Shown here in pieces: positions 19,433 to 29,523 of a stretch of 64,000 bases of DNA. The stretch covers positions 5,481 to 69,480 of the IMG/VR virus record IMGVR_UViG_3300017917_002953; one strand, written 5' to 3'. This DNA comes from a virus. Below the pieces are notes generated by a model that ran no database searches, was not told the origin of the DNA, and saw only the letters and a list, made by a program, of their open reading frames with translations. Both the position numbers and the translations under genes were made by a program. Position 1 is the first letter of the stretch, and the number at the start of each line of letters is the position of its first letter.

Positions 19433-20144
19433 TCAATTCAAATCGGTTCAAGAATTTTGTAAATTAAACAAAATTGAGAACATTGATGAGTTCATTACCA
19501 AATGTTTTACTTCAGGATTTAATATTGAAAAATATGGTTTATTAAATTCCGGGGTTAAAAATGAAAAAATAGTGGAAAAAGAAGTCATCGTTGAAAAACG
19601 AGTGGAAGTTCCGGTTGAGGTAATCAAAGAAGTTGTTAAAGTTGAATATGTTGAGGTTGAAAAACCGGTTGAAAAAATCGTTGAAGTCATAAAAGAAGTT
19701 CCGAGCCCTCCCACGGAAATCGAAGTCATCAAATATGTTGATAGAGAGGTTATTAAGGAGGTAAAAGTGGAAGTTCCTGTCGAAAAAATAGTATATATTC
19801 ACGACAAAAAAGAAGAGGAAGTTGTCACAAATTTAGACAATATTTGTGACAAACCTGAACCAATTATTATTGAGAAGATAGTTGAAGTTCCGGTTGAAGT
19901 TATTAAGGAGGTTATTGTTGAAAAAGAGGTGATTAAAGAAGTTATTGTTGAAAACGATACTGATAGTAAATTAAAACCTAAATTAGATGCTCTCCAACAG
20001 ACGGTTCAAAAACTTAAGTTAGATAATATTGAAAAAGATAAACTGATAAAAGAATACGAGAAGACAATTCAAGATATTCAAAAGTTCAATGAAGGAACCA
20101 AGGCAATGTATTTGAAAGGTTCCAATTTGGATAATAAATTATAG
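19407..20144 (+). CDS. Protein with EKIVEVPVEVIKEV repeats and a C-terminal coiled coil
   Basis: V/E/K/I/P-rich repeats. Confidence 0.7.
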   Translation: MSQIQLTTNQFKSVQEFCKLNKIENIDEFITKCFTSGFNIEKYGLLNSGVKNEKIVEKEVIVEKRVEVPVEVIKEVVKVEYVEVEKPVEKIVEVIKEVPSPPTEIEVIKYVDREVIKEVKVEVPVEKIVYIHDKKEEEVVTNLDNICDKPEPIIIEKIVEVPVEVIKEVIVEKEVIKEVIVENDTDSKLKPKLDALQQTVQKLKLDNIEKDKLIKEYEKTIQDIQKFNEGTKAMYLKGSNLDNKL

Positions 20145-20156
20145 AAATAATCTAAT

Positions 20157-20435
20157 ATGGAAAATTATTATGTAGATTTAAGAGTTAGTGGTGGTAAAGA
20201 AGAAATCCAAGAATTACTTGAATTATTAACGAAGATACAAATTTTAGGGTCAGTAGGTTCTAATAGAACTATTCCGGTGACGGTTGATGGTGATGGTAGC
20301 GCTCGACTACGATTTGAAACAACCTCAACTGAAGAAGACCAAATTGAAAAAATAAAAGAATTCCGTTCCATCCAAAAATTCATAAGTGAAGTTGAAAAAG
20401 GTGAGAACATAAGCACACATTATATAGGTGAATAA
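20157..20435 (+). CDS. Hypothetical protein
   Basis: ORF in operon. Confidence 0.6.
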   Translation: MENYYVDLRVSGGKEEIQELLELLTKIQILGSVGSNRTIPVTVDGDGSARLRFETTSTEEDQIEKIKEFRSIQKFISEVEKGENISTHYIGE

Positions 20436-20775
20436 TATGGAAATTTTAGTATGGTTTATATTAAGTTATGGACTTATGAACATTATGGTTTTTGGTTCGA
20501 TATTCCAAGGATTAAGGGATTCGTTCAAAAAATGGGGAGAAAATAAATTAATGCCGTTTAATGAAGTCGGTGAATTTATTTCAGGTATTCTGTCCTGTCC
20601 AATGTGTTTTAGTACTTGGGGAGGTTTCGCACTTTCATTGTTGGTTTTTTCACCGACTTTCACATTATTTGGAACACCTATTTGGATTAGTTGGTTCTTT
20701 GATGGTATATTATCGTCAGGGGCCGTGTGGGCGATAAATGCTATTGTTGAATGGTTTGAAGAAAACCGAAATTAA
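20428..20775 (+). CDS. Membrane protein with CxxC (DUF1360-like)
   Basis: Hydrophobic helices; LSCPMCFSTW. Confidence 0.6.
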   Translation: MNNMEILVWFILSYGLMNIMVFGSIFQGLRDSFKKWGENKLMPFNEVGEFISGILSCPMCFSTWGGFALSLLVFSPTFTLFGTPIWISWFFDGILSSGAVWAINAIVEWFEENRN

Positions 20776-20778
20776 ATA

Positions 20779-21291
20779 ATGGAAAACAAGTTAGGTGATT
20801 TTATAATAAAGCAAATCGAAGATAAAAAAGTTCAACGATGGATTATTCCAAGTGAGGATTTATTCGTCCTTTGTGGTAATATGGGAATTATCGATGATGA
20901 TGACCTTATGATAAATGTGATGGAATATTTGGAAGAAAATGAAATTGATGTTAATTTTCATAATCAACAGGCGACCGGATATTATCGAAGATGGAATGAA
21001 CTTGAAAAAATGATTACCTTACGAAAAATGTTGAACGGTACTAAAACGGAGACTCAATTGATGATGGAAAAAGTTGATTCAATAAAAGTTCCTGAACGAC
21101 CTGAGTGGTTGGGGGAATATATGGATGATGATGAAGAAGGTGTAACTCCGGTAAAATATGAACATCAGGAAGAGTTTGCGAGAATACGAGAAATGATAAT
21201 AGAAGAATTGACTGAAAGGGTTAATAACGAACCGGAAATAACAATTGAGGAACTCCAACAAGAAATAAATAACGAAAATAATAACAATTAA
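20779..21291 (+). CDS. Hypothetical acidic protein
   Basis: ORF in operon. Confidence 0.6.
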   Translation: MENKLGDFIIKQIEDKKVQRWIIPSEDLFVLCGNMGIIDDDDLMINVMEYLEENEIDVNFHNQQATGYYRRWNELEKMITLRKMLNGTKTETQLMMEKVDSIKVPERPEWLGEYMDDDEEGVTPVKYEHQEEFARIREMIIEELTERVNNEPEITIEELQQEINNENNNN

Positions 21292-21304
21292 ATAAATAAA
21301 AATT

Positions 21305-21499
21305 ATGCCAAAATCAAAAACAAGAGGTTCATTAAAAGAACACAGAACAAGAGTTAAACACAGAAATAATACTCTTAAAGGACAATCAAGAGCATTCCAA
21401 AAAATCTTAAATGACCAAATGGAAGAATTGAAAAGAAAATATGAGGAAGCTCAAGCTCAAAGTGGAATAACTGAAAATCAAGAGGTTGTAACACAATAA
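21305..21499 (+). CDS. Small basic protein
   Basis: MPKSKTRG...; in operon. Confidence 0.55.
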   Translation: MPKSKTRGSLKEHRTRVKHRNNTLKGQSRAFQKILNDQMEELKRKYEEAQAQSGITENQEVVTQ

Positions 21500-21505
21500 T
21501 AAACC

Positions 21506-23878
21506 ATGGATTTATTCAATCCACCACCAATTTTTAATTTAAAAGAAATGCAACACAATATAGATGTGGAAACATTAGACAATCCATATATTCAAGTTGT
21601 TTGGGAGGATACTCCTGAAAACTTCACGCAAGAAAGAATTAAATCGGTGAAACAATATTTCACCAAGAAATATAATTCAACCAATGTAAATGTTATAACC
21701 AAGGTTAAAACCACCGAGGATATTCAACAAACCATTGATGTGTCCGTGAATATTATGGATAAAAATTATCAAAAAGAATTGATTAAGTCCTTATTGGAAA
21801 GTAAGGGCCAAGAACAATTCTTGGACCAAGTGATGGCGATTGATGGTATGGTTGAAAATAGAATGGCGGCCAACGAAGTTGAGGTTACTCCATTCAAGAA
21901 ATGGTATATCAAAAAAATCGAGTTCAGTAATTTCTTATCGTATGGTGAGAACCAAGTAATCGATTTTGACAAATGTGAAGGGATTACCGTTGTTGAGTCA
22001 GACCCACCAAATTTTGGTGGGAAGACCGTATTAACGGTGGACTTATTATTGTTCCTTTTCTTTAACACCACAACCAAAACACAAAAAGCTGAAGAGATAT
22101 TCAACCGATTCACCGACAAGAATAAAGTTAGTGTTCGTGGGGATATTCTTATAGATGGTGAGGAATATATCATTGCTCGTCAAATCGAAAGAAAGAAATC
22201 CAAGGCAGGTGAATGGAATGTAAAAACCGAATTGGAGTTTTTTAGAAAACTTCCTGATGGTCAATTACAAAACTTTACCGGGGAACAGAGAAGAGAAACC
22301 GAGGCATTCATGAAGAAATCGATAGGAACCATGGATGACTTCTTGATGACCATATTAACAACCGCATCAAACTTGGAAGATTTATTGGAATCGAAACCAA
22401 CCGCTCGTGGTCAGGTATTATCAAGATTTTTGGGGTTAGAGTTCCTTAAGAAAAAAGAAGAAACCGGAAAAGAAATTTATTCGGAGTTTTCAAAAGGGAT
22501 GATGTCCAATGTGTATAACACAGAGACATTAAAACAAGATAATGAAACTTCAACAATTGAAATCCAAAGATTAAAGGATGAAATTGATGAGGCAACAAAA
22601 AATATCGATGATGTTGATAATTCCCTTAAAAAAGGTCAAGAATATAAAGATGGGTTATTAAACTCCAAACATAGTGATTTGGACCAAGAATTAATTATCT
22701 TGGACCCAGTGAAACTACAAACGGACATTAACACTCATATCCAAACTAGTAAAACTATTCAAAGTCAAATTGATGGGGTTAAAATAGTGGAACCAAGTGG
22801 ATTCTACCATGAGGACAAACATGATAGGGTTAAAGAATTATTAACTAACCACAAAATTCAATTAGGTAATATAACTCATAAGGTAAGTGAAATCGATTTG
22901 ATGGTTAAAAAGTTTGGAGACGGTATAGAATGTGAACATTGTGGGATTAAGTTAATGGACGCCGCCATCACCAAAAAGAAGATAGGTGAACTTGATGGTT
23001 TAAAAGAAGAGGTTAATATTCATAATAAATTGATTACAGAGTTAGACACGGAAGAAAAAACATATGTCCAACTTAAAAAAGAATTTGATGAGTATGAGAG
23101 AAACAAACTTATCAAAGAGAAGTATGAGGTGTCCTTGGAGTCAAATGAGTTGAAATTAGAGGCGTTAAAACTGAAATTGAAACGATATGAGGAAGTTCAA
23201 GATAAAATCAAACAGAACAACGATATTGATGCGAAATTAATCAAAGCCAATCTAAGAATTGATGAATTGATTAGTCAAAAACGAGGATATGAAAAAATCC
23301 AAAGTACCAATCAAAATCAAATTGAAAATCTGTTGGCTCGAATTGAGAAGAATAATGGAATCATCCTTAAAATTGCTGAAGAATTTGAAAAAGAAAAAAT
23401 CTATAAAATCTATACCGAATTGTATGGGAAAAATGGAATCAGTAAAATCATAATGAAAACCATGATGCCAGTAATCAATGCCGAACTTCAAAGATTACTC
23501 CAAGATTCTTGTTTGTTTAACTTAGAAATTCGAATCAATGATAAGAATGAGGTAGAGTTTATTATGATTGACAACTCAACCGGAATCGAACGACCAATTA
23601 CATCCGGGTCAGGTTATGAGAAAACGGTCGGGGCGTTGGCGATTAGAGCCGTACTATCCAAAGTGTGTTCATTACCAAAACCACAATTATCGGTTTACGA
23701 TGAGGTTTGGGGTAAAGTTGCGAATGACAATCTTGATTTGGTTGGTGAATTTTTTGATAAATTGAAAACCTATTTCGAGAAGATATTTGTAATTTCACAT
23801 AATCCACTCATCTCGAATTGGGCTAATACGGTGGTCAAAATCACCAAAACAGATAATGTCTCAAAGGTCTCTCAATAA
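21506..23878 (+). CDS. SbcC/Rad50 (gp46-like) ATPase with an N-terminal extension
   Basis: FSNFLSYG, Walker A NFGGKT, coiled coil, CEHC zinc hook, SGYE signature, VYDE Walker B, ISH. Confidence 0.9.
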   Translation: MDLFNPPPIFNLKEMQHNIDVETLDNPYIQVVWEDTPENFTQERIKSVKQYFTKKYNSTNVNVITKVKTTEDIQQTIDVSVNIMDKNYQKELIKSLLESKGQEQFLDQVMAIDGMVENRMAANEVEVTPFKKWYIKKIEFSNFLSYGENQVIDFDKCEGITVVESDPPNFGGKTVLTVDLLLFLFFNTTTKTQKAEEIFNRFTDKNKVSVRGDILIDGEEYIIARQIERKKSKAGEWNVKTELEFFRKLPDGQLQNFTGEQRRETEAFMKKSIGTMDDFLMTILTTASNLEDLLESKPTARGQVLSRFLGLEFLKKKEETGKEIYSEFSKGMMSNVYNTETLKQDNETSTIEIQRLKDEIDEATKNIDDVDNSLKKGQEYKDGLLNSKHSDLDQELIILDPVKLQTDINTHIQTSKTIQSQIDGVKIVEPSGFYHEDKHDRVKELLTNHKIQLGNITHKVSEIDLMVKKFGDGIECEHCGIKLMDAAITKKKIGELDGLKEEVNIHNKLITELDTEEKTYVQLKKEFDEYERNKLIKEKYEVSLESNELKLEALKLKLKRYEEVQDKIKQNNDIDAKLIKANLRIDELISQKRGYEKIQSTNQNQIENLLARIEKNNGIILKIAEEFEKEKIYKIYTELYGKNGISKIIMKTMMPVINAELQRLLQDSCLFNLEIRINDKNEVEFIMIDNSTGIERPITSGSGYEKTVGALAIRAVLSKVCSLPKPQLSVYDEVWGKVANDNLDLVGEFFDKLKTYFEKIFVISHNPLISNWANTVVKITKTDNVSKVSQ

Positions 23879-23893
23879 TGGGAGACTTTTTTT
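23863..23893 (+). terminator. Intrinsic terminator
   Basis: AAGGTCTCTCA-ATAA-TGGGAGACTT followed by a T tract. Confidence 0.7.
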
Positions 23894-23939
23894 GACTATC
23901 GAAAAAAGAATGTTTATGTTTAAATAAAAAAAAAATAAA

Positions 23940-24518
23940 ATGAAAAAAATTAAATTTAAGACCACAAAAAGAGAATCAAAAACATATGAACAAAATGAAC
24001 ATACTTGGGTAATTGAACATCAACTTAATTTAGAGGATGTTTTAAAATTGGACGCGTTTAAAAAATTCGAACACTGTGGTACTGTAGTTAAATCTAATAA
24101 TGCTGCTGGTTTTGAGATTTTATTAGAGCCTAAATTTAAAAAACAAAAGTTTGTAATATACATGATAACTACAATGGGTAAAATATTAAAAGGGGGGAAA
24201 TCTAAAAATTCTTTAGATACTAGGTCTTACGCGGCAGGGACTGAAGAAAGTTGGACTGAAAGAGGTACTCCTTCGGTGACTAATTATATTTGGTCCCAAT
24301 TATTTAGACAATCTTTAGAAGACGGTGTTGAGGTAAAATTTTATGGGGTCATTTGTCCGTCGGTTATTTATAATTATGAATCATTTGATGGACAAATAAC
24401 TACTGAATATGTTTCGCCTTATGAATCTGAAGAGAAAAAACTTAACACTATCTTAAATAAACTTAATGGGAAAAAACTTATTGGAGAGGGTAAACTTTTA
24501 TCACAATTTAAATCTTAA
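23940..24518 (+). CDS. Putative GIY-YIG-like endonuclease
   Basis: VIYMI...ILKGGKS resembles a GIY-YIG hairpin (weak); next to methylase genes. Confidence 0.35.
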   Translation: MKKIKFKTTKRESKTYEQNEHTWVIEHQLNLEDVLKLDAFKKFEHCGTVVKSNNAAGFEILLEPKFKKQKFVIYMITTMGKILKGGKSKNSLDTRSYAAGTEESWTERGTPSVTNYIWSQLFRQSLEDGVEVKFYGVICPSVIYNYESFDGQITTEYVSPYESEEKKLNTILNKLNGKKLIGEGKLLSQFKS

Positions 24519-24599
24519 AAAAAATATTTAAAATGTGCTCGGACTATTAAATTTAATCCGACTATTTATATTAGGTAATAAAATATTATAATTTAAAAT

Positions 24600-25517
24600 A
24601 TGAAATTCGATTGTTTAGTAACTAACCCACCTTATCAAGACTCATCCCATACTGAGAAGAAAAATACATTATGGAGAAAATGGTTGTCGTTTAATGATAC
24701 ATTAATAAATGATAACGGAATTTTTTCATTAGTAATTCCATCGTCATGGATGGGGTCATCACCCATGTTAAAAGAAAATTTTTTAATAAATAAAAAAATA
24801 AAAAATAATTTAACATTTATTAATCGAGATGAATGTAGGAGACACTTTCCAAGTGTCGGTTCAACATTTTCATATTTTGTTATTGAAAAAAAACAATATA
24901 TGAATAAAACTTCAATTATATCAAAAAATATTGATGGTACTATTGGAGTTGCAAAAGATTTAGATTTGAATGATTGTATTGTTGATGTTTTTCCTAGAGA
25001 TTTGAGCGATGTTGGATTATCTATTATCAAAAAAACATTAAATGATGATGTTGAGAAATTAGGTATTATTAATAATACTTACAACCATAGTGTTCATAGA
25101 AAAAAATGGTCATTAAATCAAAGTGAGGAATTCTGTTATCCAATACAAAATACTCCATCGAAATTGTATTGGTATAATTATTCACACCCTCATCAGGGAT
25201 TATTAAAGTTACTTATTCCCACTACAACATATTTTAGGAGACAATTGGTGTCTACATACGGTGTTACACAAAGTTTTTGTTATTTGTTAATTGAAGATGG
25301 TTTAGACCCTGAAATAGTTTTAAATAATGTAAACAATAAACTTTTTGATTATTTGAATGAATGTTTTAGATATGCTAATTGGAATTCAGTAAATCTTTTA
25401 AGGAAATTACCAAAAATACCAATGGAACAACAATTAACTGACGATGATATATATGAGTTTTTTAATTTAACTGAAGAAGAAATAAACCACATAAATAAAA
25501 TGATAAAATGGAGATGA
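24600..25517 (+). CDS. N6-adenine DNA methyltransferase, catalytic and TRD half
   Basis: Begins MKFDCLVTNPPY (motif IV); LVIPSSW; no SAM-binding motif I. Confidence 0.75.
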   Translation: MKFDCLVTNPPYQDSSHTEKKNTLWRKWLSFNDTLINDNGIFSLVIPSSWMGSSPMLKENFLINKKIKNNLTFINRDECRRHFPSVGSTFSYFVIEKKQYMNKTSIISKNIDGTIGVAKDLDLNDCIVDVFPRDLSDVGLSIIKKTLNDDVEKLGIINNTYNHSVHRKKWSLNQSEEFCYPIQNTPSKLYWYNYSHPHQGLLKLLIPTTTYFRRQLVSTYGVTQSFCYLLIEDGLDPEIVLNNVNNKLFDYLNECFRYANWNSVNLLRKLPKIPMEQQLTDDDIYEFFNLTEEEINHINKMIKWR

Positions 25518-25957
25518 TTAAATATATTAACCATGTTAGAGATAGGGGTTATATGAGTGGTATTGAAAGGGATAATCATAGAATTAAAGTAACTGCAGAA
25601 GTTTTCACCAAAACCGAATTAGTTATTGAAATTTTAGATAAAATTGAACTAACTCACCCCGATATATTTACAGATGTGACTAAGACATTTATCGATAATT
25701 GTTGTGGTGACGGACAATTCTTATCTGAGGTTGTTATTAGAAAGATGGAAAGAAGTGGATGTACTTTAGAACAAGCATTATCAACAACTTATGGTGTAGA
25801 ACTAATGGAAGATAATGTTATTGAGTGTAGAAAAAGATTGGCGGGACCGGACCCAACTCCGGAAATTTTAGAAATAGTAACCAAAAATATAGTTCACCAC
25901 GATGCATTAACATATGATTATTCGTTTGGTGAAAACAAAGAAAATGAAACAACTTAA
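25514..25957 (+). CDS. N6-adenine DNA methyltransferase, SAM-binding half
   Basis: AEVFT (motif X), FIDNCCGDGQFL (I), YGVEL (II), NIVHHDAL (III). Confidence 0.75.
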   Translation: MIKYINHVRDRGYMSGIERDNHRIKVTAEVFTKTELVIEILDKIELTHPDIFTDVTKTFIDNCCGDGQFLSEVVIRKMERSGCTLEQALSTTYGVELMEDNVIECRKRLAGPDPTPEILEIVTKNIVHHDALTYDYSFGENKENETT

Positions 25958-26471
25958 CTATACAAAAAAAGGGGTGACACATTCACCCCGCCTCTACTGG
26001 CAAACCGATGAGAAGACCATGGTTGCAATTTATCAGGGTGAGAGGGGTGAGAATCCGGAACTTGATTTCATTGTTAAGTATAAGGAGGATGGAAAGAGAT
26101 TGAGGATGCCTTCGCACACTCATTGGATTGTTGATTTATTGGTCAAGGCGGAGCATAGTAAAGAATTGGTTTTATCTTATGTTAATAATTTGATATTAAT
26201 TTATGAAAATGCGGTTCCATTTAATAGTGTTGAAGAGAGAGACACTTATGAATTAAGACATAATAATGTGATGAATTTAAGGTATAATGACCTTAATAAT
26301 CATGGGTATTATACGATTTCCACGCTTACATCGTTCATTGAGTTGTTCTCAATTTGTGAAAAACAAACTACGGGGGCGTTCATGTTCAAGGGGTTACTAA
26401 CATTGGTGAAAGAATATTGTGAAGGTAAAAAAGATTTTTACCAAATTGTTGGTTATTCCAAAAGAGTTTAA
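25944..26471 (+). CDS. Hypothetical protein
   Basis: ORF; PSHTHWIVDL. Confidence 0.6.
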   Translation: MKQLNYTKKGVTHSPRLYWQTDEKTMVAIYQGERGENPELDFIVKYKEDGKRLRMPSHTHWIVDLLVKAEHSKELVLSYVNNLILIYENAVPFNSVEERDTYELRHNNVMNLRYNDLNNHGYYTISTLTSFIELFSICEKQTTGAFMFKGLLTLVKEYCEGKKDFYQIVGYSKRV

Positions 26472-26504
26472 TACCTTTGTAGAAATAATTTTAATTTAAA
26501 AACT

Positions 26505-27044
26505 ATGAATTACTATTTGTTGTCAGTCACCAACGATTTCGCGTCGGAAGGGTTATGTCGGGAGATTGCAATATCATTAAGTCCCATAGTGGACTCACCC
26601 AATTTAAAGTTTCATTACACTCGGAACCAAATATTATTTTCATTTGGTGCGGAAACTGAAAAAAGTGAAATATATGATTATATCCATGGAGTTTTATATG
26701 GACTTGTTGAGATTTTTGTTTTAACGGAAATCGTTGACGAATATTCGGTTTATCTTCCAAAAGATATTAAAGAGCATTTATTTGATTTGGAAAATGTTGG
26801 AGACAATGTAACAATGAAGATAGATATGCAACGAATAAAACAAAATTTGGATTTTTCATTGGAAGATGAAGATGACGATGATGATTATGAGGATTTTATT
26901 TCCAAGATGATTACTAATAAATTAACTACACCTATACCTACACAACCTACTTTAGACCAAATATTAGACAAATTGTACTCAGAAGGAATGGAATCATTGA
27001 GTTTACAAGAGAAGAGAATATTAGAAACCTATAGTAAAAATTAA
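26505..27044 (+). CDS. Hypothetical protein with a C-terminal DUF6576-like helix pair
   Basis: LDQILDKLYSEGMESLSLQEKRIL. Confidence 0.55.
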   Translation: MNYYLLSVTNDFASEGLCREIAISLSPIVDSPNLKFHYTRNQILFSFGAETEKSEIYDYIHGVLYGLVEIFVLTEIVDEYSVYLPKDIKEHLFDLENVGDNVTMKIDMQRIKQNLDFSLEDEDDDDDYEDFISKMITNKLTTPIPTQPTLDQILDKLYSEGMESLSLQEKRILETYSKN

Positions 27045-27045
27045 A

Positions 27046-27843
27046 ATGAAAGAAAAGGCGGGTATACCAATCAATCAAGAAGAAATTAGCCATTATTTAA
27101 AAGACATTCGAAAATTAAAAGTGATGACACCTGAAAGGGAAAGGGAGTTGTCGGAACTAATCTTAAAGGGTGACTTATCAGAGGTTGAAAAACAAAAAAT
27201 CAATAAGGAATTATTGGAAGGTAATTTAAGGTTTGTGATTACGGTTGCAAAACAATACCAAAATCAAGGATTGGATTTCCCTGACTTGGTTGCTGAAGGT
27301 AATCTTGGATTAATGAAAGCAATTGAAAGTTTTGATTGGTCCAAAAAGTTGAGATTTATATCTTATGCGGTTTGGTGGGTTAGACAATCAATATTACAAT
27401 CTTTAAATGAAAACGCAAGAACCATCCGTCTTCCGGTGAATGTGGTTCAAGAATTACAAAAGGCGAAAAAAGATTTGGAAAAGGCTGGTGTGGATATGCC
27501 GGAGAAATTTGCCAACTTACCTTATACCATTAACTTGGATAATCCATTGAATGATGAGGGTGATACATTGGTGGATGTGTTGAATAACCCCAATGCTGAA
27601 TTACCGGATGCCGGATTATCGACCGAGAAAACATTAAAGGATAAATTATATCAAATGTTGGATGTTTTGGATGATAGGGAAAAAGTTATTATTCAGGATT
27701 ATTTTGGATTATCGGGGTCAACAAGAACCTTGGAAGATATTGGGAATGACTTCACATTGACCAAAGAAAGGGTTCGACAAATTAAAGAAAAGGCGTTGAG
27801 GAAGTTGAGAAACGAGACATCAACTCTGTTTGATTACTTATAA
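27046..27843 (+). CDS. RNA polymerase sigma-70 factor, Bacteroidota RpoD-like (no region 1.1)
   Basis: NLRFVITVAKQYQNQGL..DLVAEGNLGL; RFISYAVWWVRQSILQ; TLEDIG...TKERVRQIKEKALRKL. Confidence 0.92.
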   Translation: MKEKAGIPINQEEISHYLKDIRKLKVMTPERERELSELILKGDLSEVEKQKINKELLEGNLRFVITVAKQYQNQGLDFPDLVAEGNLGLMKAIESFDWSKKLRFISYAVWWVRQSILQSLNENARTIRLPVNVVQELQKAKKDLEKAGVDMPEKFANLPYTINLDNPLNDEGDTLVDVLNNPNAELPDAGLSTEKTLKDKLYQMLDVLDDREKVIIQDYFGLSGSTRTLEDIGNDFTLTKERVRQIKEKALRKLRNETSTLFDYL

Positions 27844-27851
27844 AATGAATT

Positions 27852-27880
27852 AAAGGGTGTATTTATTTAATACACCTTTT
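27852..27880 (+). terminator. Hairpin terminator overlapping a TATTTAT motif
   Basis: AAAGGGTGTATT-TATTT-AATACACCTTTT. Confidence 0.55.
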
Positions 27881-27912
27881 ATATTTAAAGATAAATCTAA
27901 AAAAAAATACAT

Positions 27913-28197
27913 ATGAAAAATTTTATTCAAAAAAACTTTATTGTTATTGTTTTGGTTATTTCGTTATTAACATTCTTTAAGGGATGTGGAGATTCAAGGG
28001 AATTATCCAAATTAAGAAAAGAAGTTGAAACGATTAAAGATTCGACTTATACTAAAAAAGAATTACAAGTTGAATTGAAAATAATGGGATTGGAAGCTGA
28101 AAAAAGAATGATTCAAGCGACCGACAGAAAATTATTGGATGTTCAAAGACAAACTCAAATTGAGGAAGAGATAAAAAAATTAAAATCATCTAAATAA
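27913..28197 (+). CDS. Small membrane protein or lipoprotein with a coiled coil (lysis region)
   Basis: N-terminal hydrophobic stretch ending FKGC. Confidence 0.55.
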   Translation: MKNFIQKNFIVIVLVISLLTFFKGCGDSRELSKLRKEVETIKDSTYTKKELQVELKIMGLEAEKRMIQATDRKLLDVQRQTQIEEEIKKLKSSK

Positions 28198-28925
28198 TGA
28201 ATTGGTTTCAAAGAAATTTTAAAACAATCATCTATATCTCCTTTTTGGTTCCAATATTAACCGTGGCGTTTGTATCCATTTCCCATGTTACTAAATGGTA
28301 TGGATTATCAAATCCGTTGAGTTGGGCAATATATTTGTCGGTTGGAGTTGAAATTGCCGCATTATCGGCATTGGCGGCTATATCAGCGAAGATGGGTAAA
28401 AAGGTTTATTTCCCATTCGGGATTGTAACTTTAATTCAGTTCATCGGGAATATATTCTTCGCTTATCAATATATTGATGTTAATTCGACATCATTTAAGG
28501 ATTGGATGGATTTGGTTGACCCGTTTGTTAGTTATTTGGGGGTTGAATCCGGAGACCCAATTGGTCATAAAAGATTCTTATCGTTATTTGCGGGTGGAAT
28601 GCTACCGATAATCTCATTATCATTCTTACACATGTTGGTTAAGTTTGAAGAGGAAGATAAAAAAGATGTTCCCCAATTACCAACTGATATTGATATTGAA
28701 AAATTAAGTAAAGAAATTGGTAGACAAGAGGCGGAAATTGACAAAGAAAAATATACACCAACCGAAGAGGATATTGAAAAACTTCAAATCGCGTTAGAAA
28801 ACTTAACCAAGGGAAAAACGGAAACTCTTGAAGGACCTACAGGTTCTAATGGTCCTGATGATTCAGGATTGACTAACGCTGAACCTGATAAAAAAGTATT
28901 GAATTATTTAAGAAGGGATGCTTAA
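28197..28925 (+). CDS. Multi-pass membrane protein (possible holin-like role)
   Basis: About four hydrophobic helices; directly upstream of the amidase. Confidence 0.5.
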   Translation: MNWFQRNFKTIIYISFLVPILTVAFVSISHVTKWYGLSNPLSWAIYLSVGVEIAALSALAAISAKMGKKVYFPFGIVTLIQFIGNIFFAYQYIDVNSTSFKDWMDLVDPFVSYLGVESGDPIGHKRFLSLFAGGMLPIISLSFLHMLVKFEEEDKKDVPQLPTDIDIEKLSKEIGRQEAEIDKEKYTPTEEDIEKLQIALENLTKGKTETLEGPTGSNGPDDSGLTNAEPDKKVLNYLRRDA

Positions 28926-29523
28926 CATACAGAAATTTGGGAATTTTAAACCAAGTGGAAGACAAAAAAGAAAAAAACAAATAATCCTATGTCATACATC
29001 AAGGGAGGTTCAAGAATATTTGGCCTCCCTTAAACATAGGTATAATGGTAAATACGATAAAATACCACACTACATCATTACAAGAAAAGGTGAGATTTTG
29101 CAATTACTTGAAAACTCACAATATTCAAACTACTTCAATGATGAGACAACCAATAAGAACTCAATAATTATTTCCTTAGAAAATTTAGGTTGGTTGGAAA
29201 AGAAACCACTAACAAATTATTATATTAACTGGAAAGGAAGTATTTATAATGAAAAGGTTTATGAAAAGAAATGGAGAGATTTCTTTTTTTGGCAACCATA
29301 CACTCCAATTCAGATTGAAATGGTTGCGGAATTGTCTAAACAACTATCAGAAGACCTTAACATAAATAAAAGATGTATTGGACACAATACTAAATTTTAT
29401 GGGGTGTCCAATTATGAAGGGATTGTAAGTAAAAGTAATTACGACTCTTCATTTACGGATTTAAGTCCATCATTTAATTTTGAAGAATTTAAAAAACATT
29501 TAGAAAATGAGCAATTTGCATAA
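28918..29523 (+). CDS. N-acetylmuramoyl-L-alanine amidase (Amidase_2; endolysin candidate)
   Basis: IILCHT, PHYIITRKGEI, SIIISLE, IGH, DLSP. Confidence 0.7.
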   Translation: MLNIQKFGNFKPSGRQKRKKQIILCHTSREVQEYLASLKHRYNGKYDKIPHYIITRKGEILQLLENSQYSNYFNDETTNKNSIIISLENLGWLEKKPLTNYYINWKGSIYNEKVYEKKWRDFFFWQPYTPIQIEMVAELSKQLSEDLNINKRCIGHNTKFYGVSNYEGIVSKSNYDSSFTDLSPSFNFEEFKKHLENEQFA

